Assembly (NCBI GenBank): GCA_013416795.1
Contig: RQSC01000308.1
Span: forward strand, 37,884-101,883
Length of the DNA: 64,000 nt
Direction of reading: 5' to 3'
Source of the DNA: Prasinococcaceae sp. CCMP 1430
Lineage: Eukaryota; Plantae; Prasinodermophyta
In this document: one piece after another, positions 33,601 to 43,263 of the stretch
Layout: each line of letters begins with the position of its first letter
Position numbering within the stretch: position 1 is the first letter of the stretch
Position numbers and translations under genes: made by a program
Notes under the pieces: generated by a model
Databases searched by the model: none
Told to the model about the DNA's origin: nothing
What the model saw: the letters and a program-made list of their open reading frames with translations, nothing else

Positions 33601-34210
33601 GGCGTTGGCGCACGAACAGACACGGCATCCCGCGCAGTGGGCGCAGGCATCCAAGACCATGGGAGGCTCATCCACGCGCCCCAAGGGGCAGCAGCGCGCA
33701 GCCACGCGCGTGCGAGTCCATCCCGTAGCCGCCCCTGCGAACCACCGCCGGAGACAGAGCGCGGGCGTGCGGGGGCGCGAGGCCGAGGCACACGCGGGCC
33801 GGGACAAGCGGGAGGGTGACCGCACCGGCCTGTCCATGGAGGAGTCCGACCTTCTCGCCTCGCTCGCCCGGCTCGATGGGCGGCTGGCGCACCTCGACAG
33901 CTCCGAAAAGGCTGAGAGAAAGGTTCGCGTGGAACTCTTGGGCCCCCCGAGTCCCGGCCAGGGGGCTGTGCGTCTCGCACACGGTGCCACCACGGGCGCA
34001 GCCGTGTTCGCTCCTGGCATCTCGGGCTTCCCGCAGCGCTACGCAGACTCGGACACTGCCACGCGCAAGCCGGGCCCCGCACCCGTGCCACAGGCGCGAC
34101 GCGGCGCGGCCCAGCAGGCGCGCCCCGGCCGGCGCAACGGCAGGGGCAGCGGGCGCATCACGCAGACGGGAGCACTGCGTGCCAACCCGCAATTGCGCCC
34201 GTGGGAGTAG
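30677..34210 (+). CDS. Large low-complexity coiled-coil protein of unknown function; start possibly in the N-gap
   Basis: About 1180 open codons with E/R/Q/A helical stretches and four SxAVG repeats; TGTAA 50 nt after the stop. Confidence 0.55.
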   Translation: MLSAKQLTRVRRREAQRRREAAEDAEREAMLAALEQRRERQRRERGFIYAQREQKPAERRELAHRAPATMPCARKAGDGGYAKGAQVPRPASALPLSELNAPPQSRQRRAKLQPQSAQQQQQQTQQQEQQQQDQWRQRQQREQRQQQEGQSALKQLISQRRQQMREERAQQVDLAREEEERRRAQAPQPAFAALKAEAADGLANLLNEALPASAMPVEPALPPKSEAPATIEFQAPLRRPRLGERMTAPAPASAPAHAAPTQPVLCASPKQSGEAAERAEERRRERIAAAEAKAAAARAEAEHEAELARAQHEKAREAAERARQVAARRQALEAATAAAEQSGVHRTELAAAVAAVDPGPVVVKPYTAPSQHIAFTSAASAPRSLGTKPLQNTDEELGERLALARVAAEGDGGAKAVASRLGGESHEGGGEDGHRERGQQQDIGDDDSCESEQNVLDSWRGGGARGLEVAIAMAEAGGRSGDAADEGFSFSAPAPEDSERSRQPRVRTPDHPDAISIRSEAPPRPSLKRAAGNGTRAVQTTHALPPPPAAEKKQSTSMASDVALLGVEEPARAASKADASSAYGASATHARHSSAVAVTAAALDKPMSASPEKNPPLDQTPSPAGSGSGSEDASPARRLAMTCDAATGVGSSLQPTPREEPSLHSIAVGSSIAMRNHSVAVGCSTAAFADPKQQSVAVGKSTSAFDVPAHSVAVGCSAAFAEPMSPPRPELRERGTGVQMSLEQPFEDAGPSREELARMVAQQSDEIAELRRLISAQQQLQQQMMPETQGAHGMRASVHAPTLLTAPTPAPTPVPTSGLPAPGQQSKPRPPPLDVGMGSTAVAVGVENLCPGASSLYDDEFAEPSLAEMVALPQAPSEGAPSHAPSESSFVALGEEAPRGAEAKLVRDGSYAANAALERARARRAADAKRQPKQQPQRSGAQITADSTDARPPMQRTTGGDHHNTAPVELAESLAALAHEQTRHPAQWAQASKTMGGSSTRPKGQQRAATRVRVHPVAAPANHRRRQSAGVRGREAEAHAGRDKREGDRTGLSMEESDLLASLARLDGRLAHLDSSEKAERKVRVELLGPPSPGQGAVRLAHGATTGAAVFAPGISGFPQRYADSDTATRKPGPAPVPQARRGAAQQARPGRRNGRGSGRITQTGALRANPQLRPWE

Positions 34211-34259
34211 CGTCCTGGCGTCGCGCATCACTTGTACCGCAATGTGACTTGTACTGAAA

Positions 34260-34264
34260 TGTAA
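34260..34264 (+). promoter_or_regulatory. TGTAA (UGUAA) polyadenylation signal, representative copy
   Basis: Sense-strand TGTAA also follows the stops of GSA (29464), crtI (24069-65), ERH (40461-57), the PHD gene (43260-56), the 55668 ORF (55646-42) and CTL1 (61446-42). UGUAA is the known chlorophyte signal. Confidence 0.6.
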
Positions 34265-34334
34265 TCTGGATCGAGCATTATGAGCGCGCCGCCGGGCGGA
34301 GGGGTGCGCCCCGAAGACATTAGCAGGCACGCTC

Positions 34335-34844
34335 TCATTCCGTGCGCGCCTCGAGGTAGCGCTTCAGGGGCGCGATGAGCGGCACGTCAGCCTCTGGCAT
34401 CTCGTACTTGTCGAGGTCAGCCGCGCTGGCCCAAACGAGCGTCTGCCCTTCGACGGGTTCGGGCTCGCCCTCGAACTGGTCGACCACGAAGACGGGCATC
34501 AACAGGTGAAAGTCCGCATCCTTCTTCTTGTATCCATGCGACGCGAAGCAGAGCGGCTTGCAGTCGGCGGGGTCGCAGCCGATGGCGAGCTCCTCCTTGA
34601 GCTCGCGTGCGAGCGCCTGCTCGGGCGTCTCGCCCTCTTCGACCTTCCCACCGGGAAACTCGTACAGCCCCGCCATCGGCTTGCCCTCCGGGCGCTGCGC
34701 GAGCAGCACGCTGCGGCCGCGCACGAGCGCCGCCGCGGCGACGAGCACGAGCCTTGCCGACTGCGCAGCGGCCGGCGATGGCGCAGCCGCCGGCGCCCGC
34801 GCGCGAGGCACGCCCTCGCGCGCGCGCACGGCCGCAGTGCTCAT
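34335..34844 (-). CDS. mutT: MutT-type Nudix hydrolase (8-oxo-dGTPase-like)
   Basis: VLLAQRPEGKPMAGLYEFPGGKVEEGETPEQALARELKEEL (Nudix box); FHLLMP, EGQTLVW, MPEADVPLI. Confidence 0.88.
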   Translation of the reverse strand: MSTAAVRAREGVPRARAPAAAPSPAAAQSARLVLVAAAALVRGRSVLLAQRPEGKPMAGLYEFPGGKVEEGETPEQALARELKEELAIGCDPADCKPLCFASHGYKKKDADFHLLMPVFVVDQFEGEPEPVEGQTLVWASAADLDKYEMPEADVPLIAPLKRYLEARTE

Positions 34845-34974
34845 CAATGCAAAATTTGAGGATTTCAGGAGGCGAGGGCAGCCGTTCGGCGCATCCCACC
34901 CAATCCGACCCCACCCATCCATCAACCCGTCAGCGCCGGCGCGAGTGCCGCGGCGGGGCAGCCACGGCCGCCTC

Positions 34975-35633
34975 CTACTTGTGGGTAGCCCACGCGAGGT
35001 AGGTGTTCCAGACGAGCGCCACGCCGTTGGCGAAGAGCACCTGCAGGTTGGGGGGCGTGTAGCGGAAGTTGATGAACTGCGCGGGGATCCAGATCTTCCA
35101 GTTGACCAGCACGGCGTCCTTGAGGTCGGTGCGCAGCTTGTCCTGAATCTCGTGCGGGCGGCCCTCGCACGTGAGCAGCGCCGCGAAGAAGCTCGCGATG
35201 AACACCGGCGCCCACACGAACTGGTCGAGCGCGAGCCGGCCCATCGCGCCCGCCGCCGACTGCGCGGTGATAATTTTGTTGAGCGCACCGTACCACAGCG
35301 ACAGCGCAGGGCCGACGAAGCCGACGCCGAGGAGGAAGAAGATAGCGCTACGCTTGTAGTCGTAGGATTCGGTCTTCTCGATGGCCGTCTGCGCGAACGC
35401 GTCGCCCAACAGGTTGAGCATGCCGGTCGTCAGCGTCTTCGTGGCGAGCGGGTACGCGGAGAGCAGGCCCATGTACCATCCGACGATGCCGCCGCTGCCG
35501 CCGCCGCCCCCACCGCCGCCGGCCGCAGGCGGCTTGGGCACGCGCGGGGGAATCTTGCCGCCGCCACCGCCCAAGTCTCCACCGCTCGCGAAGGGCCGCC
35601 CGCGTGGCCCCGCTAGGCGGCCCGCCGCGCCCG
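34975..35633 (-). CDS. Mpv17/PMP22 family membrane protein; start in the N-gap
   Basis: WYMGLLSAYPLATKTLT, LGDAFAQ, LALDQFVWAP, NWKIWIPAQFINFRYTPPNLQVLFAN. Confidence 0.92.
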
Positions 35634-35960
35634 NNNNNNNNNNNNNNNNNNNNNNNNNNNNNNNNNNNNNNNNNNNNNNNNNNNNNNNNNNNNNNNNNNN
35701 NNNNNNNNNNNNNNNNNNNNNNNNNNNNNNNNNNNNNNNNNNNNNNNNNNNNNNNNNNNAAGCCTATGAGGACTGCTGAGGGCAAGGAGAGCGCATCGGT
35801 TGCTTCTGCTTCTGTCAACACCCCCCAGTCGGTGGCGTCAACGCGCTCTGGCGTCAACTCAGGAAGAGAGGTTTACGAAACCGCGAGCGAGGGCGCTATA
35901 GCGAGCACCCCCCCCCTTTCCTTCTCGCGACCAACCCGCTCCCCGACCCCACCGGCAACC

Positions 35961-36478
35961 ATGGGCGGCGGCAACCTGCAGAAGTCGCAGATGGCGCGCG
36001 CGCGCAAGATGGCCAAGATGGAGGTGCGCGCGCGCCCGCGCGCGCGCGCGAGCGTGCGAGCGAGCGCCCGCGCTCTGGGCCGGATGAGGCGGGCGCCAGG
36101 GAGTGGCACGGCGCCGAGTGCCCCGGCGGGAAAGGCTTCCAGCGGCGCGGGAGGGCGCGTACGCGTGGATAGAGGGGAGGGGGACGCGTGCGGGGGGGCG
36201 GGGGGGAAAGGGAGAGAGCGTGCTCGGGTCAGATGGGGGGAGGGCCACGGGCCGCAGTGGGCACTGACGCACGCCGCGCTCCGCGGGGCGCCTCCTTCCA
36301 GGGTGCTGGCAACACCGGCGGCGGCGCCAAGGGCGCGGATGCCCGCGGCGGAGACACTGCGGCCAAGATGGCCGCTGCCAAGGCGGAGCGCGAGGAGCAA
36401 AAGAGAATATCCGCCGAGAAGAAGGCGGCCAAGGCCGCCAAGGAGGCCAAGAAGGCCAAGGCGGCGATGAAGAAGTGA
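35961..36478 (+). CDS. Small SERF/4F5-like basic protein, 79 aa, exons 35961-36023 and 36302-36478
   Basis: MGGGNLQKSQMARARKM is a 4F5-type N-terminus. Phase-0 intron GTGCGC...CACTGAC...TTCCAG; Lys/Ala-rich helical tail. Confidence 0.75.
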
Positions 36479-36881
36479 TGCCACAACCCAGGCTTCCCCG
36501 CTGGCGGATTCTGGCCGCCCTTCCCGCGCCGCTGCGCTTCCGCATGAGCACTCGCGCCTTGTCATTGCACGCGCGCGGCCCGGCTCGCCATTGCGACGGG
36601 TGCGTACGCGCATGCGCACGCCGAGGCGAACGCGCGGGCGCTCGGCATCGCCAAGGTGCCCTTGCTAGAGAGGTTTGCGCGACACGTACTGTAGAAAGCG
36701 CGCCGACCGCCCCCAGGGCACGCAGCAGGTTACTCGCAATGGCGCACGGTCTCTATCGCGCGCACCGCGCGTCTTGGCCCGGGGCGCGCGAGCGCCAAGC
36801 GCGCGGAGGTGCCGAGACCACCGTTGCGTATGCCCGGCTCACCCGGAACCGTCTTTACAGCACGCGGCGCAACTCGCCCGC

Positions 36882-38566
36882 TCACCCAGCTCGCATCTCG
36901 GCCAGCTTGCTCGCAATGAGGTCAGCAACCGAGCCGGTGTAGGCCTTGTCGATGCGCTTGGGGTATGACGTTGACGAGAGCGGCGGGGAAAGACCCGTCG
37001 ACGCAGGCGCGGGCGCGGGCGCGGGCGGGCGCGGCACCGGGACGTGCCCAGCGTGCCTGCAGGCATCCGAGTCAGCGGTTAAGGCCTTCCCACCGAGTGT
37101 TGTGTGTGCTGAAGGCACTGATGCAGCACGCGACACGCCTGCGGGCATTGGGGGCACCGCGCTCGAGCGAGACGCCTCCATGGCGGCGGCAAACTCCGCT
37201 GTCGCCGCGAGCGGTACTGCGTCCGGCACTGCCGCGCCACCCGCGAGACGCCCAACGATGCCCGCTCGCTCCGTCGCTTGCAGGCGATCTCGCAGCTCGT
37301 CACGCTCGGCCTTGGTGGCCGCGAGGTCGCGCTGAAGTCGCGTGATAAGCGAGCCCATGTTGAGTTTGTCTGCCGCGAGAGCTGCCAGCTCGCCGTCGCG
37401 GTCGTAGTTCGGCGCGGCGGGTGCGTTGGCCCTGAAAAACTTCTGGTGCGTCTGGAGAAGCGCAAGCTCAGCGCGGGCACGCGCCTCTCCGCGGCGCGCC
37501 TCCTCGACGCGCCATACCATCGCATCGCGCGCGTCCTCGCCCTTGGCGACAGAGGAAGCAACCGCAGCCTCTCGCTGTGCGCATTCCTCACGCGCTTCGC
37601 GCAACGCCTCGCGCAACTCGGCCACCTGCAACTCGGCCGCTGTCGCGCGCTCCTCGACCCCTCGCTTGCGAGCCTCCAACGCGTCGAGCGCTGCACGCGA
37701 CGCTGCACCCGCCGCAGCACGCTCTGCACGGAGCGCGGCGAGCTCGCGTTCCACGCCGCTCACCTCGCGCACACGTGCGCTGCGCGCGTCGGCTGACGCA
37801 GCCGCAGCAGCTATGGCTGATGCGTTCTCGCACCGCTGTGTTTGCCGCCGGTGGGGTGGGGGGTGGTGGCGGGGCGAGGGGGCACCCGCGATGCGTGGCA
37901 ACGGCGACGACGCAGCGTCGGTGGGAGCGCAGAGTCAGCATTCAACAAAGTGCGCATGTTCATGACTTCGCGCCCTCGGTCGCAGGCGCGCAAACGCACA
38001 TCTCTGAGCTCCCCATTCTCCTCCTTGAGCCGTGATATTGAGCTAAGCATGGCCTCGACCTTGGCGTCGACACTAACCGCTACGGCCTCCAGCAGTCCAG
38101 CCGCACGCTCGAGCTCGCCCATGAGCTGCTGCGGCTGCGGCCGTGCAGGCGAATACGCGCGCGCTGCCGCGGAAGCAGGCGAGCGAGGGCCTTCCGCCAA
38201 TCCCAGCGACGCTGGTGGCACGTAGCTCGGCAGCACGCGACGCTGCAGTGCCTCGAGCCCGTCCGCCACCCTTCGCGCAGCAACAAGCGCAGGGCTCACA
38301 CCTGACGCGCTAATCCCCCCGCCCGCGCCCGCCAGCACGCCACCGTCGTCCACAGGCGTTTCTGGTTCTTCATACACGCAGTGTTTGCTCAGCTCGAGGT
38401 ACTCTTGCTGCACGCTGATGTCCTGCTGGGAGGCGCCTGTGCCCCCGCTATCGTGCACATCCTCCCAATCACCTTCGTGCGTGCCATCGCCCCCGCCGTC
38501 GCTATCAACCCCGCTGTAGGGCGGCGTCGCAGGGTCCGGCGCGCTGCCGCCCGCGCCTGCGTCCAT
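36882..38566 (-). CDS. Coiled-coil protein of unknown function, exons 38566-38000 and 37835-36882
   Basis: Phase-0 intron GTGCGT...GCTGAC...ACAG joins two heptad-rich ORFs in frame (ELRD|RCENAS). Confidence 0.6.
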
Positions 38567-39370
38567 GGCGCCCCACCCCAGCTCGCGCTCGCACGCGCAC
38601 GCGCGCAGCGCGCGCGGCGCCTCGAGGCTACCATGGTCTCGATAGGTTTGGAGTCGCCCGCCTGCAGCTGCGCCGCGCCCGCCCGCGCGCGTGCACGCGC
38701 GAGGGCACGCTCCCTCCCCGGCGCTGTGGCGCCGCCCTCTCGCCCCGCTCGCTCCCCCTGCGTGAGACCCTCCCACCGCCACCCCGCTCCCCTCCCGATC
38801 CGCCCTCCCGCCCCCCTCTCGACGCCCCCCTCTGGCCCCACACACCGGACCGCCTGCACCGCCCGCCTGCGGTGCCTCGGGGAACACCCCGATGAGTCGG
38901 CGCCTCCGGCCGGCATCGATGCGGGCGCCTTTGTTGAACCGAAACCACACAGATTCATTTTAAGGGTAATATCTGATAAAGGGTTTGTTATGTACGTCAA
39001 AAAGGTCGCGAGGGCGACCTCCGAGCCCCCCCCCCCCCCCTGCGCGCGGCGCGCCCGCGCGCGCGTTCAAAAATCGCGCCGCGCGGAGTAAGGGTGTGTC
39101 ATGAAGGGTTTATATGTGAGTTCGTTTTGACGTGAGTGGCGAGGGGTGGGTTAGGGGTAGCCGGCGCCACACTGCGCGCGCGCGGCAGAGGCGCGCCGGC
39201 GCCAGGCGAGCGACGCCCAGCCTCGCCCCCACTTGCGCGTTCCACCCACCCCCCTTCTCTTCCCCTTCCCTCTCGCCTCCTTGCTCCGCTCCGGGCCAGC
39301 CGGCGCTCCGCCCGCACGCGCCGTGCCTTTGCGTGAAGGTCGCACCGCCGCCGACTCCGCCCGCGCGACG

Positions 39371-40111
39371 ATGAAGGTCGTCCTCGCGTCGCGCCGCGAC
39401 GCGCTCGCGCTGGAGGACGCGCTCGAGAGCGCCGCGCGCGCATGCGCCGCCGGGGCGCGTGTGCGCGCGCTGCCAACCGCCGACTCGGCTGTCGTTGAGC
39501 ACGTGCTCAAGCAGATGGTGGCGTCCGTGCAGGAGCGCATGCGCGAAAACGTGACCTTCCCGGGCGCGGAGGACTGGAAGGATGTGGCAGCGTCGGTGGG
39601 GACGTCGGGTGCCGCCGCGGCCGACGGCGTCGACCCCTTCGACGACGCCGAGACGAAGCGCATGGAGGTCGAGGTCGCCTCCGTCGCAGCGCGCGTAAAG
39701 CACTTCCGCCAGAGCATGCCGGGGCTGCTCGAGAAGCAGTACGACGAACAGATCCAGGAGATGCGCCCCAAGGCACTCGCGAGCCTGCTGGAGGAGGCCG
39801 CGGCTGACGGCGACGGGGCTGACGCCACTGAAGCGCCAGGCACGGCAGAGGGTGCTGAGGGGCCGGAAGAGCTCAAGCAGCGCATGAGCGCGTCGGTGGA
39901 AGCCCTGCCCGAGCTGCGCAAGCGCATGGAGGCCGCACTGGAGAAGATGGGACGGGTGGTTGCAGCGTGTCAGGCGGAGAAGGCGCGCAGCGACATCGCA
40001 TCGCCCGCGACGACGCCCGCACCCAAGGGGGAGGGACAGGCGCCCGGCACGGGTGGCAAGGTGGCCATTCGCACTCGCCTCGCCGCGGCGGCGCGCGCGG
40101 CCCCTTACTGA
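39371..40111 (+). CDS. NSL1: Kinetochore Mis12-complex subunit NSL1/Mis14-like
   Basis: VQERMRENVTF...VDPFDDAETKRMEVEVASVAARVKHFRQSMP resembles the Nsl1 (ENV...EPFD...VA..R..P) pattern, recalled from memory. Confidence 0.6.
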   Translation: MKVVLASRRDALALEDALESAARACAAGARVRALPTADSAVVEHVLKQMVASVQERMRENVTFPGAEDWKDVAASVGTSGAAAADGVDPFDDAETKRMEVEVASVAARVKHFRQSMPGLLEKQYDEQIQEMRPKALASLLEEAAADGDGADATEAPGTAEGAEGPEELKQRMSASVEALPELRKRMEAALEKMGRVVAACQAEKARSDIASPATTPAPKGEGQAPGTGGKVAIRTRLAAAARAAPY

Positions 40112-40488
40112 GCTGCTGCCAGCCCGGGCCACGGATCTAGCCGAGAGCGCTTTCTCTGCTCGCGCATTGAGTGTCACCAGTGAGCGGCCGCTGACAGCGG
40201 CCGGCGTCGAATGTACAACATGAGATATTCCGGGCAATGCCAGACGAGGCACTAGTGCGACGCGTGCCTGGCTTATCATGACGCGCCAGCGGCACGCGCG
40301 CTCTTGCATTTCGGCGCAGACAGTCGACTGTGAGCCGTGCGTGGCCTCGGCCGGAGCGCGCTCCGCCACGCGCATGTGGTGGCGTCTCGAGGGGGAGCTC
40401 TCGCAGCGAGCGGGCCGCCTTGCACAGCGTGACGCGTCTCAATTGCTGAGCTTTTATTACATGGGCTTCACGCCGCTGTCGACGACAA

Positions 40489-41312
40489 TCACTGTCGCGC
40501 CTGCTTCTTCAGATGCTGGAAGATCTTTTGCTTCAGCCAGTCCTTGTTGTACGGCTGCCGGAGGGCGCGCGCGCGCACGGTCAGCGGCACAGAGCAGCGC
40601 GCTCGCCTCTCATGGCGCAGATCGCCCAGGCCTGCGGCACCACGCGCGCCCGAGCGAAAGCTATCACTATCACTTCGGCCGTGCGCAGCTGGGAAGGGGC
40701 GTGCCGCGCAGCACGCGACGCGCCATCTCACCGTGTATGCCTGTGTCTGCGGATTCCACACCATGGCGCCGAGGTCGGGCAGCCGGTCGACCCAGGTGTA
40801 CAGGTCGGTGATGTCGTAGGTGATGTTGCGAATGTTGGGGTTGAGCTCCTTGAGCTTGGACTCGAAGGTCTGGCACAGGCCTGCACGGGCGGCGCGGCGC
40901 GCAGAGGGACGCGTCAGATGCGCGCTGCAGGCCGGGCGGCGCGTGACGCTTGGCGGCGCCCCGATCGGCTGCGTTGCCGCTTGGACTGCACGCGCGAGCC
41001 CCAGCACACACACAAGGACACCGCGCACGCATGGGGCGCACGACGCGCGCGCGCGCGCACGCGCACGCAGACATCAGTCCCTTCCCAATCCCCTGCGCGC
41101 GCGCGTGCGACTGCATGACTTCGCTGCCGCTGCCGCCCGCGCCGCTTGCCCCCTTCCCCCTCCCGACGCGCCCCTGTCGTCCGCCACCGCGCGCCCGCGC
41201 CGTGCACGCGCGCCGCACCATCCATCGCCAGGGCGACCGTCTCGAACTCGTCGTACGTCCGCGACTTCTTGTTTGGCGTCGTCTGCATGAGGATGATCGT
41301 GTGCTTCGACAT
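40489..41312 (-). CDS. ERH: Enhancer of rudimentary homolog, 102 aa, exons 41312-41219, 40880-40732, 40554-40489
   Basis: HTIILMQ...SRTYDEFETV...MD|GLCQTFE..LKELNP...ITYDITDLY...DLGAMV...|PYNKDWLKQKI; both introns GT-AG with CTGAC. Confidence 0.96.
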
Positions 41313-41666
41313 GGCGCGCGCGCCGGGCGGGGCGGGCGCCGCGGTAGGGGGGAGGGGGGGGGGGGGGCGCGCCTCGCTGCGCGCGGGGACGCTGTGGCGC
41401 CCGCAACACGTCGGCGGGAAAAATACTGTGTGGGGGAAACACACTGCACGACGCATCGCATCCGCACATCGCGACCGTAGGCAGTATCAAAACGCGTTCA
41501 AACGTGTTGATGTATAAACCCTCTTTTTCTTACTTCTCGTGACGGCCTCCCCACAGCGACAGCACTGATGTGTACCTACTGTATTACCTCACATCGGCGA
41601 CGTCCAAGCCAAAAAAATAAAAACGCTCGAAACCTCAACTGGTTTCGGTTTCGAGTCTGGGCCGGT

Positions 41667-41853
41667 CCGTTCGACTTTCGACCTTCCTTCGGTGGGAGCT
41701 CTCCCGTTGTTCGCGGGAAGGCGGATTCCTTAACGGCTCTCTTCGGAGCTCACAGCTCGCGAGTGCCGTTTTGATGGCGGGCGCGCGACGTCGGGCAAGC
41801 GGGTGCGCGGGCGGGCGTTTCGAACGGCGTTTCGCGGGGCGGCGCGCGCGAAA
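41667..41853. promoter_or_regulatory. Cluster of five AACGG (MSA-like) cores plus two E2F-like sites upstream of the NuSAP-like gene
   Basis: CCGTT/AACGG at 41667, 41704, 41732, 41766, 41823; TTTCGCGG at 41830 and GCGCGAAA at 41846. Confidence 0.5.
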
Positions 41854-41952
41854 TGCGGCGGCGCCCGCGCGCGATCGGGTGCGTTCCGGGCTGAATTCGC
41901 GGGAGGAGGCGGGCCCAAAGCGGGGGCACCATGGGCGGCAGCGTCGCGAGCG

Positions 41953-43128
41953 ATGGCGTCGCGCGAGGAGCTCGAGTCGCTGCCGCGGCGCGAGCTGCAG
42001 GCGCTCGCCAAGGTCGCCGGCGTGCCGGCGAACCTGTCGTCCGCGGCGCTGGTCGTCGCGCTGCTGGACGCGGGCGCAGGGGGCGATGCCGCCGGCGCTG
42101 GGGACGACGAGGCTGAGGTGGCGGCGTCGGATGATGACGTCGAGGTTGAGGCAGAGATTGCAAGTGATGAAGATTGCGAGGTGGGTGGAGAGGGACGCAC
42201 CGGGAGGGTGGCAGCCGAGCCCGCGGGCGAGGCGACGGGCACGCCGCCCAAGCGGCGGCGCAGCTCGCTCGGCGCGTTTGCAGACGCCGCTCGCTCGCTT
42301 GTCAATGCCGTCGCGTCACCGTTCGCGGCGCCGCTGCCGCCGCGCTCGGCATCAAAGCCCGCGCCGCTGCGCGTGCCGACCCTCACGCGGCAGGGGTCTC
42401 AGTGTTCGTCGTCCCCGGGTTCAGACGATAGCGGTGCCTCGCTCTCTCGCCGCAAGAGCGTCTCGTTCAACCTCACCCCGCGCCATCGCGCGCCGGGTAG
42501 CTACAACCAACTCGAGGACGAGGCGTTCTGCGATTCGCCTGTGCCTCCAACACCGCACTTCGCTCCCGTGCCCATCCTGAAGAGGGACATGAGCGTCAAG
42601 AAGGCCGCTCTGCCAAGCCCCTCGGCTGCTGCGAGCGCGGGCGCGCGTCTGGCTGCCGCGGGCTTCACCACGGTTGCGCGGCGTGCAAAGGAGACCGTCA
42701 AGGCGCTCTTGCGATATACCGCGCCCTCGGCAAACGACGCCGCGGCAGGGAGGGCAGCGCCTGCGCCGCAGGAGGCCAAAGATTTCGTCCCGCTGGAAGA
42801 GTCTGACGTTGAAGCGGATGGCGCTGAGGAGGAGGACACGGACGCGGATGTCGCGGATGAGGTCTGCGAGGACGAGCATGCTGCGTCCGAGGAGGTCGAG
42901 GAGCGGCGCAAGTCGGTGGGCATCTACGAGCGCCTGTACTCGCTCCATGGCAAGGGCGACAAGCCGCAGGGGGCAGCGAAGAGCACGTCGACGAAGGCGA
43001 ATTCGCGCGCGGGTGCCTTCGATCTCAAGGCGTCCCTGGCCAAGACTCCGACCTGGAAGATGAAGTCAGGCAAAATCTCGAGGGCGGCCGCGGCCGACGG
43101 CGAGGCGCCCGAGCAGCTGGCCGCATAA
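41953..43128 (+). CDS. NuSAP-like spindle protein (SAP-like N-terminus, FDLKASL C-terminal motif)
   Basis: MASREELESLPRRELQALAKVAGVPANLSSAALVVALL at the N-terminus; AFDLKASLAKTPTWKMKSGKI at the C-terminus; S/T-P sites and IYERLYS in between. Confidence 0.55.
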   Translation: MASREELESLPRRELQALAKVAGVPANLSSAALVVALLDAGAGGDAAGAGDDEAEVAASDDDVEVEAEIASDEDCEVGGEGRTGRVAAEPAGEATGTPPKRRRSSLGAFADAARSLVNAVASPFAAPLPPRSASKPAPLRVPTLTRQGSQCSSSPGSDDSGASLSRRKSVSFNLTPRHRAPGSYNQLEDEAFCDSPVPPTPHFAPVPILKRDMSVKKAALPSPSAAASAGARLAAAGFTTVARRAKETVKALLRYTAPSANDAAAGRAAPAPQEAKDFVPLEESDVEADGAEEEDTDADVADEVCEDEHAASEEVEERRKSVGIYERLYSLHGKGDKPQGAAKSTSTKANSRAGAFDLKASLAKTPTWKMKSGKISRAAAADGEAPEQLAA

Positions 43129-43263
43129 GCGCGAGCGATGCTGCGCCGCTGGCGCCTGAGCGGAGCGGCGCATAACTCAAGAGTACATACACACCAGCAA
43201 CGTGGTCCGGAGCACCTGCCTCCGGCGCGCGGTCGCCGCGCAGACAACGAGATTCTTACACCC

